A DNA stretch of 64,000 nucleotides from Balanoglossus misakiensis. Its lineage: Eukaryota > Animalia > Hemichordata. A program made the position numbers and the translations under genes. Below are positions 1 to 15,922 of the stretch, in pieces (the stretch's first letter is position 1; each line of letters starts with the position of its first letter). The stretch is taken from contig CM082580.2 of the NCBI GenBank assembly GCA_040954595.2, positions 7,013,519 through 7,077,518 of the forward strand, read 5' to 3'. The notes under the pieces were generated by a model. The model was not told where the DNA came from, searched no databases, and saw nothing but the letters and a program-made list of their open reading frames with translations.

Positions 1-236
1 GGGTATAAATGTGAACACAGATGGCGCTGTTTCCCACTTGCAATGAACACTCCCGCAAGTCAGACTGAATATATTGTATTCATGGCAAGTTGTTTGTGCA
101 TGAATGTTGAGTAGTTAAAATGCTTTTGCCCATTTATTAAAATTTGATATGAATACTAATGCTTTTTAGTTTGAACTTCAGTTCTATAGTTGCATTCTGT
201 GAAATAATCTAGGAGATGGTTTTTCCTCTCCCACAG

Positions 237-2756
<2,520 letters not shown>

Positions 2757-5700
2757 ACTGGTGCACATCACAAGATGGGGCTACACCACCTGAAAAATCC
2801 AATGGAATGAGTAATCATTGAAGGTCCTGCGATATGGCAGCTGGAAGAAACCATTTGCTCGACAGGAGGAGTTGATCAAAGGAATCTCAAATGACACACA
2901 CATACACACACTCACGTGAGGATTTGAAGGAACGTTTTTATTTTGCATCGGTACTCCCCTAACATGCATTGGTATGTTCCGCTGAGTTGGCGCTGTGCGT
3001 GGCAGGTCAATCAGTGTGTGTTGCGGGAAGAAACCATTTCAAGCATGGGGGAAGCTATTTATTTATACTTCTAAATATTTAAGCATTTGTGGTCTCTGAC
3101 AAGAAACCACAAAAGAAATCTAACCGAATTACTCGAAAAATGAATTTAACAAAATGCAAATCTTGTATGGAGAAAACACAGTTGCAGTTAACAGAAACAA
3201 ATGATGAAATTGCCATCTTCATTCAAATCAGTATTCTCTATCAGAACAAAGGGTGAGAAATCATGATCATGAAAATCTTTTTTTATCAAACGTGGCATTT
3301 TACAGACAGTACAGAGATTTGAATCAAATTTGATGACACTCTGAGGTTGGGGTATTGCAAATCAAGAACTCTGTCTTCTTCTTTTCGAAATCATTGTTTA
3401 GTTTGGTTTTGCCCTCATGGGAATGACCGCAGTGTTCTGTCCCATGACACAGAAAATGGGTAATTTGCAATAAAAACCAACCGACTGTACCGGCAGAGGA
3501 AAAAAATGGCGCCATCAACCGTAGCAGAGTAGCGGGTGATTGGAGGGGGGGGAGAGGTTAGTAAGTTTCCAGGCGGAAATAATCGTCGTCGGTAACGGTG
3601 CGGAACTGTGTCTGGACACGAATAATCGGTCGAGCGCATACGAATAAGCAGATGCAGGCACTGATGAGCGAGCGTGCAATCTCTCTCGCCGGACGATGGA
3701 GTCTCGTTCCGAGTGAGGTGGAGTGGCTGTACAGGTTGTCAAAGTGAAAGCTAGATCTACATGCAAAAATGTTCATTTTGTCACTGTTGTGAACTGAAAG
3801 AAAAATGTGACCAGGTCATGAATCAAGACTTTGTACACCAGCTGTGAAGCTTCGGAAGTATATGAGGCAATATTTTTTATGGATGAAAATTTTTTCACCT
3901 CAGCCCAGTTATATTGTGTCCAACTAATACTCTCAAGAACACAATATGAAGCAAGTCAAGACCCCCCCTCCCCGAAGTGTTGCATTTGCAGTCCAGCTGT
4001 GGCCTTCTACATGTCGTGGGAAGCACCTCCCGCCCAAAATTAACTGAAGCACAGCCGAAGAACAAGAGGATCGTTTGGCAGTGTACACAAATGCAGAGAA
4101 AGGGGGAAACATTCCAGCTTTTGTTTGGCAGGAATTTCAAGGACTTTGCGGTTTGTACGACCGAATCTAAGTTCTTGTCCAGCTCTAGTGCAAAGGCAGC
4201 TTGCATGTCTAGTAACATGTTGGTTTGTTTGAGTTGTGAGTGTGTCCGCGGCTGGTCTCTGGGAATTGCGGTCACACACAACTTGCAAGTTTTTATACAA
4301 CCACCCTCCAGTCGAGGCCAGTTTGGTAATAGTGCAAGTCTGATCACATTCTGACCGATTCACAAACGAAATTTTCATTTCTCAGACCATGTAAGTTGAT
4401 GTTTGAACATTCGTAAACTTGAAAACCCTTCGGATGTCAGAAGTAAATTTAAAGTCAGTGTGGCCGCGTCCACGCCAAGCAATAAATACCACGTTAGCAA
4501 CCGACATTGTCGTCTGTCGTGTGCCAATTTTATCTGGACAAGTCATGTTCATCATGACACAAGGAACATATTGCAGTTACTATGTAGTGGCAGCCATATT
4601 GGAAATGGTTTCAGACATTTTTTGCGCCTGGCAGCAAAATTGTTGTGACCAGGCTGAACAAGAAACTAAACCTGCAATCAAAAGCTTTGATCTCAATGCA
4701 TTAGCTAATATAAGATTTTATATTATTTTTTTAATTAAACAAACATCAGTGTGGTTAATCATGTCAGTTATGCAAATTTTATTCATGTACCCCAATATCC
4801 ACCTTTGTTATTGCTTTCTAATGATGTGGTGATTTTATACACTTTCTGATAAAAACCTTAAATATTGTTTTTACGGTAAAACAAATATCCTGTTACCTAT
4901 AAGAGGCTTTGTGAATTTTGTACTATCGATACATTTACATGTCAGTTGCAGTTTTGGTCTTAAGTTACTTAGAGTTTATTGATTTCCATGTATAAATATG
5001 AACAATAAAATGAAGCGGATGTGAATATTTCGTTCACTTTTAGGTAAAAAAATGTCTGTGGAAAAATGTGGTTTATTTACGTTGACATGGGCAGTTTCAT
5101 AGTTTTGCACTAAACAATAATAATCATACCTGCATGTATTTGCATTTGGTGTGAGCAACTGATGATTTGGAACATCTTGTCTTCTGGTTGTGTTGTGGGT
5201 CTTGAAGGATGTACAGACACTATGTAGGGGAGAACGTTGAGAATTGCTCGAAAAATCAAATTCTACAAAAGAATGTTGCCGCATGACTTTCCAAGAATGT
5301 TTCAACCTTGACAGGTCACAGTGAAGGTCATCACCAGTAGGCCATACTTGTCATTCCATCTGAAATCATGTTCAAGGTGACGGACGAACCACAGTCTCAC
5401 GCCAAGAGAATGCATCAGTATTTTGTTTCACACGAGTATATATATATACTTCAGTGTCCTTCTCAAACAATTTTGTCTATTCAACCTGACAGGGTTTTTT
5501 TTAAATATCAGCTCCAAGTCAGCTTAACCTTGCATCAGAAATAGCATCAAATTATTATGTTGAGATCTGAATTCGTTAAAAAGTGAAAAATTGTAAAATT
5601 CAAGCTTTGTAATCCATTTTCATGAAAATTAAGAGACTGGTTGTCTCAGTTTTTGAGAAAAAAAATTGTCATATTGTGAAAAGACAAGTATATGTAGTTG

Positions 5701-8020
5701 TTCAAGCAAAGATGTACAGCAAAGGATGTGAAATATTTGAACAAACAGTAACCTAAAATTTACTATAGTACAACTTGAGAAATTGTGTATAATTGTTTTA
5801 TTCCAAAGGCATTGTGAGGCTAGAATTTGTAAAAAAAAAAAGTAATAAAGAAGAATGACTGCATTATTTTTTGATACTATATTAAATTTTTTTATGAGTT
5901 TCATATTACCGATGACCATTCAATAAGAGATCCTTACGTTTGAGTTGTTCAGTATAACAAATTGGATTTTTAGTCAGCTAAAAAATAATTGATTTCTGTA
6001 TTACCATCATATAGTACAAATCACGATTTTCAAATCTTGAGGCTCATTTCAGATTGTAAGTTATTATTATGAATTCATAACTTGCTGTATAACGCACATT
6101 CTCCTTTGTTTTGGGGTTGTTGTTTTTTTTTGTCGTGACCACAGTATTATTTCAATGTTTCCATGTTGCCTAGCAACAAACCAATGATGTATTGATGCAA
6201 ATGGATATTTATTTCGAAAACATAAAACAATGACATCGAGAACGATTTTTTTTCTGTGTGTCGTGGATTGCTGGCTTCACACAATGTGCTCTTGTTGCAA
6301 GTCAGAAATGATTTCCATTTGAAAGTACACCAGGCGTGACTTAAAAATTCCTTTCTGACAAAAAGCAGTTGTTCCGAAATGGCAGATGAGCAAATTACCC
6401 AGATCACGACTTTTTTTTTTATTTTTACTTCATTCAGTACCGCCCCTTTCTTGTAGTCTAGTTTCAGAAAAAGTTTTAACAGATCCACTATTCAGAAACT
6501 GGTCAGTGTTTACAAAAAAATCGAATACTTGTTCCTCTTCTTTGAATCGACTCCAAGTCTGTGATCATAAATTTCCTTCAGAAAAGACACCGGGTCTCGC
6601 AAAGTACCGACCAGATGTAACAGTAGTGGGTTACTGCCCCTATGATACTTATCATGGTACTATTTTTAGCCACTGTTTGTCTTTAGTTCAGTTGAAAGTT
6701 TTTATGTACTTGTCTGGTCTATGCAAACTTTGCCATCGAAGTCTGGTATGCCCTGACAAGGGTCCAAAGAACCCTCGGTGTCAGAGACAGAAAAGTAGTT
6801 CATTGGTCCCTTTTATATTATTCCAAAACAGATGATTTTCTGTCAGACTTCTCTGCTAGTCTTTTTTTCTGAAAATTCGCCGGGAGTTTCAGTGGTGATA
6901 AGTGATTGGTTAATGTCTCTTCTTGATTAGCCAATAGCATTTCTGCTATCCCCAGGTTCAGGGTCCTCCTGGGAACGGCAAAGATGTTGCTAATGGTCAC
7001 ATGATGCCCATTCATTACAGGTTGTGAAAGGCTCTGGCTGATTGGCCAGTGAAAGTCATGAACTGGGACAGCCAGTGAAACATTGGCCAATCAACAGCAG
7101 TCATATATGTACATTGTACTCCTGCCTGTTCGCATTGCAGGCATAATTTTTTATCAGAAAATACACAAACATTTTCTTTTAAAAAGAAATATATAGTAGT
7201 TATGGTGGTAGGTTACCTATTAAGTTATAGCCTTCTGTAACTAGAAATAGACTGTACATTTTATAAGATTGTAGAATATTAATTTCAAGAAATATTAATA
7301 TTTTACAAGGTGCAATAAGAGGTGTACAGATTGCTGCTGCAAGGTTTTATTTGAAGACAAATGTGTTGATTTTGAGATACATTGTAATGCAAATTAATTC
7401 ATAATGAACTTCATTTTATATACAAGGAGTCAGCGGATTGGTTCATGGTCACCTGTGTCGTTTTTCAGCAGCCAATCAAATGTATTACATGTATATGAAA
7501 ATGCTGTAAGGCAGCTGAGGCCAGGTGAACAGAAATGTACATAGATATTACGATGGCATTTCAACCATCTTGTGTGGTTTCCTGCCCATCAATTCGCAGC
7601 CCATAAAATGGATATTTGCATATCCACTGATTGACACCTGTCGAGTGTCCTTGATTGTGATGATTTCCCCGTCATGCTGCAATGTTCAACACTGTTGGCA
7701 GTCACTACAAATTAGCTGTAAAAACCGAGGCTTGTCGTAAATTGTCAAACATGTATACAAACAAAACAGATAAACAAACAAACAACGACAATTCAGACAT
7801 TAGCATGACATACCTCTTTGAGACGTATCATGGTTTGACATGAGATGGCTTGAGGCAGGAAATAAACTTTTTATTATCGTAACGTTATCTTTAACAATGA
7901 TGTGAAATTTTGTATTGAAACCCTTGTACAAACTATGCATTTATTGCATTATAGTCGATTGGAGAATTATTAACTTTTATTTCCTTTTGCAAATAAAAAT
8001 AAGATAAATTCTGAAATTAA
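2757..8020 (+). other. Probable long (~5.2 kb) 3'UTR of HECW
   Basis: AT/T-rich, no credible coding exons. AATAAA at 7861-7866 and 7992-7997, the latter followed by a GT-rich tract. The true end is inferred. Confidence 0.55.
7992..7997 (+). terminator. Candidate polyadenylation signal of HECW
   Basis: AATAAA with downstream tttgttgcctgttccatgtgtatctgtgtc GU-rich element. Confidence 0.5.
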
Positions 8021-8281
8021 TTTGTTGCCTGTTCCATGTGTATCTGTGTCGTAAGTTTTTACATGAACATTGATATATGCGAGCAAATGTGATACCGGTA
8101 CTGCAGAAGTTCAAATAACCATAAGTCTCCCTGATTTAATTGTTTTGATAATATCTGTTTGAAAACCTGGCAATATTCCGGCTGAGTGTCCGGTGTTTAT
8201 TTGACCGTCGTCTTCTCTCCGAAGTCTTATTCATTCTTTATATGTTGAACGCACACCACAGAAAAAGAGACCCTCCCATTA

Positions 8282-8490
8282 GGGGAGAACGATTTGATTT
8301 CTGGGGGTGGATGGAGAATTTTTTTTTTTTTTTTTGGGGGGGGGGGCAATTTTTTGGCAGTTGGTGCGGAGAGGAACAAATCTTCTGCAATGCACTGAGG
8401 AAAAAAGTGGACTGGCAATTGAAAAAAAAACCCTGCTGTAACAGTGGTTATGCTGGCTTCCCCCCTCCGAAAAATCAAATGGTTTTCCCC
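8282..8490. mobile_element. MITE with imperfect TIRs and TTA target-site duplication (PIF/Harbinger Tourist-like)
   Basis: Left TTA|GGGGAGAACGATTTGATTTCTGGGGG; right CCCCTCCGAAAAATCAAATGGTTTTCCCC|TTA. The same terminus recurs at 52107-52142. Confidence 0.7.
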
Positions 8491-9604
8491 TTAGACATTT
8501 CTCCCAGTAGGTGTTGATACCTCGACATAGGCGTGAACCAGTTACATACCGAAGCTTTCTTGTACTCGGACAAGCATCATTCACAAATATATTGAAGTGT
8601 TTTCGTGAGTCACTAGGTCACTGATTGTCCAGCCAACAGAGAGAGGGAACACCTAGTGAAACACGAAGTATTCCTAATCAGTACCAAGGGCAGCGGACTC
8701 AGTGAATAGATTTTATGACGTAATTTCCTTACATTTAATTAAGGAAGGTGTTTTTTTCATCAAAGACCTTTGTAATTGTTCATCGAAATATTTTGTGAAT
8801 ATTTTTTTTAAATTAAGGGAAATGACGTCAGTTCAAGGACGGTAACAAGGACTCTTGCCCACCTGTAAGGCTCTCTTTCTCCCCCCCCCCCTCTCTCTCT
8901 CTCTCTCTATTCGGTTAAATCCTAAAATTAAAGCATCATGCTTAATAGCTTCTGCCAAGGTTTGTCAAAGCTGTCTGAAACAGAGCGGTGGACTTCTATG
9001 TATTTGCAGTGATACTTTCGAGCAGTAAAAGTTGCCGCTAATCTGAAAATACTTCTATTTGAGTTTTATAAGTTTCTTGTCGACTACAATATGCTTCCTA
9101 ATGAATTCTTTCATTGACAGTACGTTTTTTTTCTTACACTCTTTCGACGGTAGACCACCAAATGGCATAAAACATTGCATGTAGCGTGCCATATGCATGT
9201 TTATACCTCACACGAAACATCAGAAATCCATGAAATTAGAGGGAGAGAGAGGGAATAGGGTGATGAAATCAACTGAAGTGAGCAAAAAATGAATTTGCAA
9301 GGCCCAAAAAAATAATATGTGCTGTTCCGATTACATGGTTTTCAAAAATAGGGTAGGTTTTGTCTGGTATTTTCTGTGGACGGCAAAGACACCCCAGCAA
9401 TTGTGTCAGAAGACTCTTTAGAGTACAGGACTTCATAATTCCTCGGCTCAACAATGACGAAAGTACTACTTCTAAATACCCCTCCGATTCTTTTCTGTGG
9501 TTTTGTCTCCGAACCATACTCTGCCTGAAAGCTTTATGGGGTTTCTTGTATCTGTTACAAAGATGGCCAAGGTAAATCACTCGCCTCCCATCCGCCCAAA
9601 CCGA

Positions 9605-9620
9605 TGACCTCGTCTGACCT
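9605..9620 (-). promoter_or_regulatory. Perfect nuclear-receptor DR4 motif (AGGTCA-N4-AGGTCA on the minus strand)
   Basis: TGACCT cgtc TGACCT seen directly; function untested. Confidence 0.35.
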
Positions 9621-12600
9621 TTGTCTCACCTGCGAGATGGACCCTTCATTTGGCGCAACCTGGCAACCACGCCCCTGTTTTGTGTTTGGTCGTGTCTATG
9701 ACGGGTGCTCTCAATAGGTGCTGGGATTCGGTCTTACATGGGTGAATGGGAAGGAGGACAGAGTCGCCCTGAGATTCCAAACAGCGCAAAAAAATAACAG
9801 GGACAGATTTTTCCAAGAGTTTTCCCAACAATGATATAGATTTTGTTTAATATTTTTAATTACACCCCAAAGCACAGCGACTCAGTTTAAAGAGCGCCAC
9901 CTATCCGTAAATGTCTTGAGGAGTGTACCCCCCCCCCCCCAACGCAACTAAAACACACCTTACATGTATAAATGGATGCAATTTGGCCACCAGCCCACTA
10001 GCCTACCGTGGCTAGGTTAAAACTTGCAGTGATTTCATATTTCTAGATGTCTCTCAATTTCGCTGTCATATATTATCAGTACGAGATACACCAACACCAA
10101 GGCGGAACATTTTCACAAGACATTGTGGATCTTCTACATGGAAAGTGAAACGTGTTTTTCCGACGGTGGCATTGTAATTATTCATGGTCAAAAATTCCCA
10201 ACCTGTACTATTTAAAGGTTGAGAATTGATCACAAGCACCGATTGTACACTTGAAGACGTGTTCCCATGAAACAACCATGCGTGATGAGCCCGCAGAACA
10301 AGGGTGACGAAAGAAATTGTTGCACGTCGACGAATTGTTGTAAAAACGTGCTACTTTGCAAAAAGTGCAAGGTGTCATTCGTAACGACCCGATCTCACAA
10401 AGTAGGCTCTTGAAACTGCAGCACCCTATTTCCTCACCTTCCGTCGAATGATTTATAATTTTGTTTTGAAAATAGGTGTCTGAAACACAATTAGTACCGG
10501 CACGGACCTACGTCTCAACCCTCCATGAATGACCGACTTTCTGCCCAATGTTGTTCCTGTTGGAGTTCCAAAAAGTTCATTTCTCGGTTTAATCGCAATT
10601 ATTTTTGCGCTTTATTGTCTTATTCTCCTCGGGCTGATCAAAATCTCAGTATAATAACTTCTCCCGTCCTTCGTCGTCACAGGCACAAGTGAAATATCGC
10701 GAGATATTCCGTGATTATTGGGGACTGGGATTAACTAGGTTACGTGACACTGTCTCCAGGTGCCCGCAGAGTTTGTCAATTCATAAATCACATCGGAAGT
10801 CAAATAATGTCGATGTATTTTGGACGAATATTTGTTTTTCGTGTAAACATATGTCGACCGAATTGTATGCAAAGTTGGACGAGCTTTCTTGATGCTTCGC
10901 ATGCAGTCGCAGTTATTTTGTGATTCTCTTTTTATTTGGCATAAAAATGTGTCATACTTTATACCAAAGTTGAGTACATGTATTCGTATTTTTTCGTATA
11001 TTCGCGTGCTAAAAACACATCATGTGTACTTTCATATAGTACTCAACCCAAGAGTTCCGGCTGAATGCTATTATTATAACTCCCGGTGAAAAAAAGATGA
11101 TCGATTTACAAATCACGTGAATTGGAAAAAACATTATTTATATGTTAGAAGGACAATGAATGGAACTGTTTCATGTTGACGTGCAACTTTCCAGAAAATT
11201 GCGAAGTGGTTAGTATTTGCGCTTTGTAAATACGGGTTTGAATTCTCGCGCAAAGACCTATTTTACTTGTGTATTGTGGGAGAGAGACGAGGGGAGATTG
11301 GTCGCGATGGCTAACACACACAGGCGACGAGAACTAGTGTACGACAAAATCTGATGCGGCCAATCAACTTGTAGGCAGCGTAGGAAAACAACGACCCTGA
11401 GAAAAGAAGAACTTGGTTCTATAGATAACTTTAGACTTTGTCTGGGCAAGGCTACCGAACGGACAATACTAGGCGACAGAGACAATGCTTCGATTATTGA
11501 TCAATGCAATTAAAAGTTGCAAATATCATTAGAGGCCAGATATCTATCTTTGCAAATGACGCACCAGATAAGATAAGGCACCAAGGGTGATGACAGGGGT
11601 ATAGGTACGGTACAATATGAAATGAATGCAGTTTTTTGTTTTCGACGTAAACTTTGAGCCTAAAAGCCAATGTGACCTTTTACGCCAACACTTCAAAAGA
11701 TGAAGTTTTCCTCTAAAAGCTTGCCTTCAATATTGTTTCCGCAGACTACCGATACTTTCACATTGTTTTTCCCTTCATCCCAGTTAACTACCATGGTTAC
11801 GCAACATATATTTGTGCTCAGATTTAAAGACAGTGCGATTGACGTCATTTCCCTTTTCCCGGGTAAACAAGATAAACAGTGGTTTGTTCATATTGTTAGA
11901 TTTTTTTTCATTTTTCGTGTAGTCTCTACGAAAAATGCGACGCATTACATCCTTGAGTTGATGTTGTTGTCAACACAGTATCTCTATTTCCGATCTAAGT
12001 TCCTTATCCCCATTTACGATATTGTTGCAGAAATGTATAATAAAACGGGCTTGTTTTGTTGTACTCGACGAGTGCAGTGCAGTGCCTATAATTTCTAGAT
12101 TTAAGCTTTTGTCTCGAGGTCAACAGCCTCAACACAAGCATTGTCATTTCGTCGTCGTCTAGTTTGTGTTGTGCTTCTAATCTTTATTGCTTTGACAAGT
12201 GACAGGCGCATTTTACCTTCACGGTTGTGCAATCGTCTTTTCCATGCATTCCCCCCCCCTTCATTCTCCGTGTTATCATTTAGGCCGTGCGACATCACGA
12301 TGAGTGGCCGTTGTAACGGTGTATGCGTCATAGGCCCAGTCGCATACGGTGCGTGATGACCTCGTTTTCGTTGGTATCGTGGTTTGTTCTGTCCCAGAAC
12401 CACAATGTAAATTTTTCTGAAATGGCTGGGCTGGTCTCGATATATTCTTCCTTCTTGGAGCCCTTCCCAATATCCTAAGAAATCAAGGAAGAAAAATCGA
12501 ACGAGAGTAACATTATATGTGACATTCTGCGATGAATCTCGGTCGACTTGTAACAGCATAGTTAGGGGGGGGGGGGAACACACCCCTGGTTATTTCTTTA

Positions 12601-14473
12601 ATATTCAGATTTTAAATACATGGCGTGTTTTTAAAATGACACAGGGATTCGCTCAGCTCTTAAACTACATAGATATTGCTGAATGAAAAGAAATAATCCG
12701 GCTCCAATTTCAAAGCACGACTACTTTTATTACAATCTAAAATATATTAGAATACCGAACTCAAATTCGCAAAATGCATGAGTAATTAGACATTCAGTTT
12801 TATATTGGAATAACTACCCGCCTACGACATCATGCTTAAGCGTCAGCTGATAACAATTTGCTCTGAATAAATCGCTCAATCAGAATTAATGGCAAAAAGT
12901 GATGACTGACTGCAGTTTAACGCTTTAACAATTCATAGAAAATATCACATGTTTTTATTTTTCTCACGTTTTCATAACAGGATCCACCACTTGGTGTTGC
13001 TATGATATTGGCGGGACACACTGTGGTTCGTGTCCAAGATCTGGAACATGCATGCGATGAGAATTTGACGTGTTAGGCCTACACTTAATTTTTAGTTTGG
13101 AGACGCAACTCTCATTAAACGACAATTATCTAGGGTTAATGGACTATTAGAACAAGTGCTACAATTGAGGTTAATCCCTGGAGATACGCGGAGACCCTGT
13201 AACATGTAGCTGGGGACATTTGCCCTGCATGTCAGGTACGTGAACTTGTTGGGGGAGGGGGTCTAGCAATCGACCAGACGATTACGTGATTATATGCCAC
13301 ACCTGGGCGATTTATCAACACAGATTTTGTCATTTTGGTACCCGACTTTGATATCTTCAAACTGTATGGCAATCATGCAACGGGGACGACCGAGGTATAT
13401 GGACTCGATCGACGGTTCCGCCCTACTAGTTCAGCCTAGGCGCATTGCGCGGTGCTGTTTGATATTCGCGCAGGTGTTTTTTGTCAAGCACAAGGGACCC
13501 CATGCAGCGTTGGTCAACTTTCTTCTCGGGGCGATACTTTCTTCCTAATAAAATTTCACCTGTCTGTCCTTGGCATGTGTCGTGGCATTAGGCTTGCATG
13601 AATATAAATTCGCGATCCTCGGCTTTGAGGGGGAAAAAGAGCTGGACTTTCTTTCAGAAAATTTGGAAGTTTTAGAACTCTATGTATAGTATCGCGGTTT
13701 TTGTGTTGCACAATTTGTTGAAAATTGTACATAATTTTAATAGGTCGACTCTGACTGTTTCGGTTATTTACCATGATGTGCACAAAATGTTGACGAAAGC
13801 AGTTTTGTGTACAGCTGTCGGACAATCACCTAAGACGGTTTGAACACCTTCACCAAGGGAACTGCTCCCCGAAGAAATGATCGGTAATCGGGGGTCTGAC
13901 CCTTCATCTTTGTTGCTTTGGCGGTGGATGAACCTCTCCGAGCTTACTACGTGCAAAATTCGGCATAGGCGCGTCCCACCATTGCCCGATAAACAAAAGA
14001 ACTAAAGACGCATTGTCTGACTGATCAGCGATAATATAATCGGGTAAGTTAAATGTCAGCGTTTTTTTCACAAAAAAATGAATTAACCCGCCAAAATCTC
14101 CTCCCTGTACCCGAAGTAAACACTTGTGTTCTGTATGAAAGTATCAAGGTGGTGGACCACGTCATTGAATCCCTTGTTTGTCCCATCATTCAAATTTTGA
14201 CAGGGTTTTCTCATATTTTCAGAACATTCCACCGTCTGGATTTGGGTTACCGTACAGAAAGGACGAGTGAATGAACTGGGGGCCTGTTTGTATTGGCGCG
14301 TGTCATGTGTACTTTGAGTGTTTTTGAGGTATTTACACGGTTCGCAAATACATGTATATAAAAAGGGAATGCGTTTAGAAGAGTATTTATTTATTAGAAA
14401 AACTTGACATTGAAGATGTAAGGAAAGTGTGAACATCCACAGAGGAAAAAAACGCAAAAGATGAGCAAGAAAC

Positions 14474-14532
14474 AATAATAATGATAGTGAGTTCTTATAG
14501 CGCTAGTATCCAACTGTGGGCGTTTTACAATG
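14474..14532 (-). mobile_element. Possible decayed 3' tail of an L2/CR1-type LINE or SINE
   Basis: Minus strand reads tgtaaaacgcc...agcgctataagaa...cattattatt, resembling the TGTAAAGCGC...GCGCTATA(T)AA + (ATT)n tail of such elements. Confidence 0.35.
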
Positions 14533-14661
14533 GTCGTAGTCAGTTAGAGATTGTGAGGTGAACTCTCTGCCCACAAACAGGTGTTTTCTGACAACAGATT
14601 ATCAGTCATATATTATCCATGTCATATTATCCATTCAGTCATCTCATCACTTGAAACACTA

Positions 14662-14699
<38 letters not shown>

Positions 14700-14805
14700 A
14701 TATCCATCCATCCATCTATCCAACCACCTACCCACCCACCCACCAACCAAGCAACCATTCCTATACCTATCCATCCATCCATCCATCCATCCATCCATCC
14801 ATCCA
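14662..14805. repeat. Compound microsatellite (GTCT)n followed by (CCAT)n/(CCAC)n
   Basis: Directly visible tandem tetranucleotide repeats. Confidence 0.9.
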
Positions 14806-15845
14806 TTATCATGTGACATCCTCATGCAGTCAATGCCTGTCTTGACGACACAAATGGTTTGGCAATCGGTAAAATCTAACACAGGTGATCGAAAGAAGTG
14901 TCTTCTAGCTAAGGAAAATGAGCTTTCTCTGAAGGCTTCTGAAGTAGCCAAGAAAGCATCTATAAATGCTTCCGCCTACGCGAGATAGTTGCTACTACTA
15001 CCAATAGTACAATGCACATGTATTGACATTACAACGACGCAGAAGATTGTGAAATGGTGACTCATCATCGTCCTATTGATGACTTGGAAGTCAATTCCTT
15101 GTATCACAGTTCGCTGTGTTTTACGCTTGATTTCTAAGATTTTGCTCTAACAATTCCCCCACTATATTCAACCTATTACAATAAACAGGACACATTATTC
15201 GAGCAGGAAACTTAAAGGGAAAATTCTCCGAGCGGCAAATTCATCTTTAATTGTTGAATGGATCAGTTTCTGTACAAACAAGTGGCATTTCAATGCAGCT
15301 CACACTTTGAAATCGATACTTTTGATATGCAGGGCTAACTTTTTTTTTCTCTCTCCCCCGCTATAAAAATATTAAAAGACACTTTGCGCAAGTCAAATGG
15401 TATTTTAACAAGTCGTAATATGTGACTCTTTCGCAAGTGTGAGTGGCATGGAGACACGAGGCTTGCAACGTGAAACTGGAATTTGCTCATTAAACTGCAA
15501 CGTCGATGTAATTTAAGTCGATCAAGTAACTCATACCTCCGGTTGATATAGATTTCATGAATTAAACTCGGGCTATAAATATACTTTGTCATTTATCGCA
15601 GTAGTACGGTAGTCATAAAGAATTGTAGGAATTTTGCGACACGAGGTTGTAACTACGTTTGGTATTTCTTTCATGAGACCAAGACCTAAATTGCATGTGG
15701 TGATTTCGAATTATTAATAGTACTGTAGTGAACATGTTTTAAAAATACAGTGATATAAACTGTCGCTCAAAATTGGGAACTGAAAGCACGGTAGGAGGGT
15801 GTATCTTCTGTTATCTGGAATCATTACAAACTGATTAGAAATGAG

Positions 15846-15922
15846 CCAATCTTATCTCTATGACGTCTCAATGACGTCATGGTGGCTATACGGGACAGGA
15901 TCATGACGGTGTTCCGGGAAGT
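15846..15922. promoter_or_regulatory. Candidate enhancer ~2 kb upstream of STK17
   Basis: CCAAT (15846), GATA-type CTTATCT (15851), TGACGT (15861), full CRE TGACGTCA (15872-15879) and STAT/GAS TTCCGGGAA (15912-15920) within ~80 bp. Confidence 0.35.

Noticed and set aside
5313-5330. AGGTCA-N6-AGGTCA direct repeat in the HECW 3'UTR
   Set aside because: DR6 spacing is not a standard high-affinity element and there is no other support.
7310-7317. GTGCAATA miR-92-family 8mer site in the HECW 3'UTR
   Set aside because: A single 8mer in a 5-kb UTR is not distinguishable from chance without conservation data.
11199-11250. tRNA/SINE-like A-box (tgcgaagtggttag) and B-box (gggtttgaattc)
   Set aside because: The boxes are degenerate, the spacing is short and no cloverleaf can be drawn; at most an old SINE relic.
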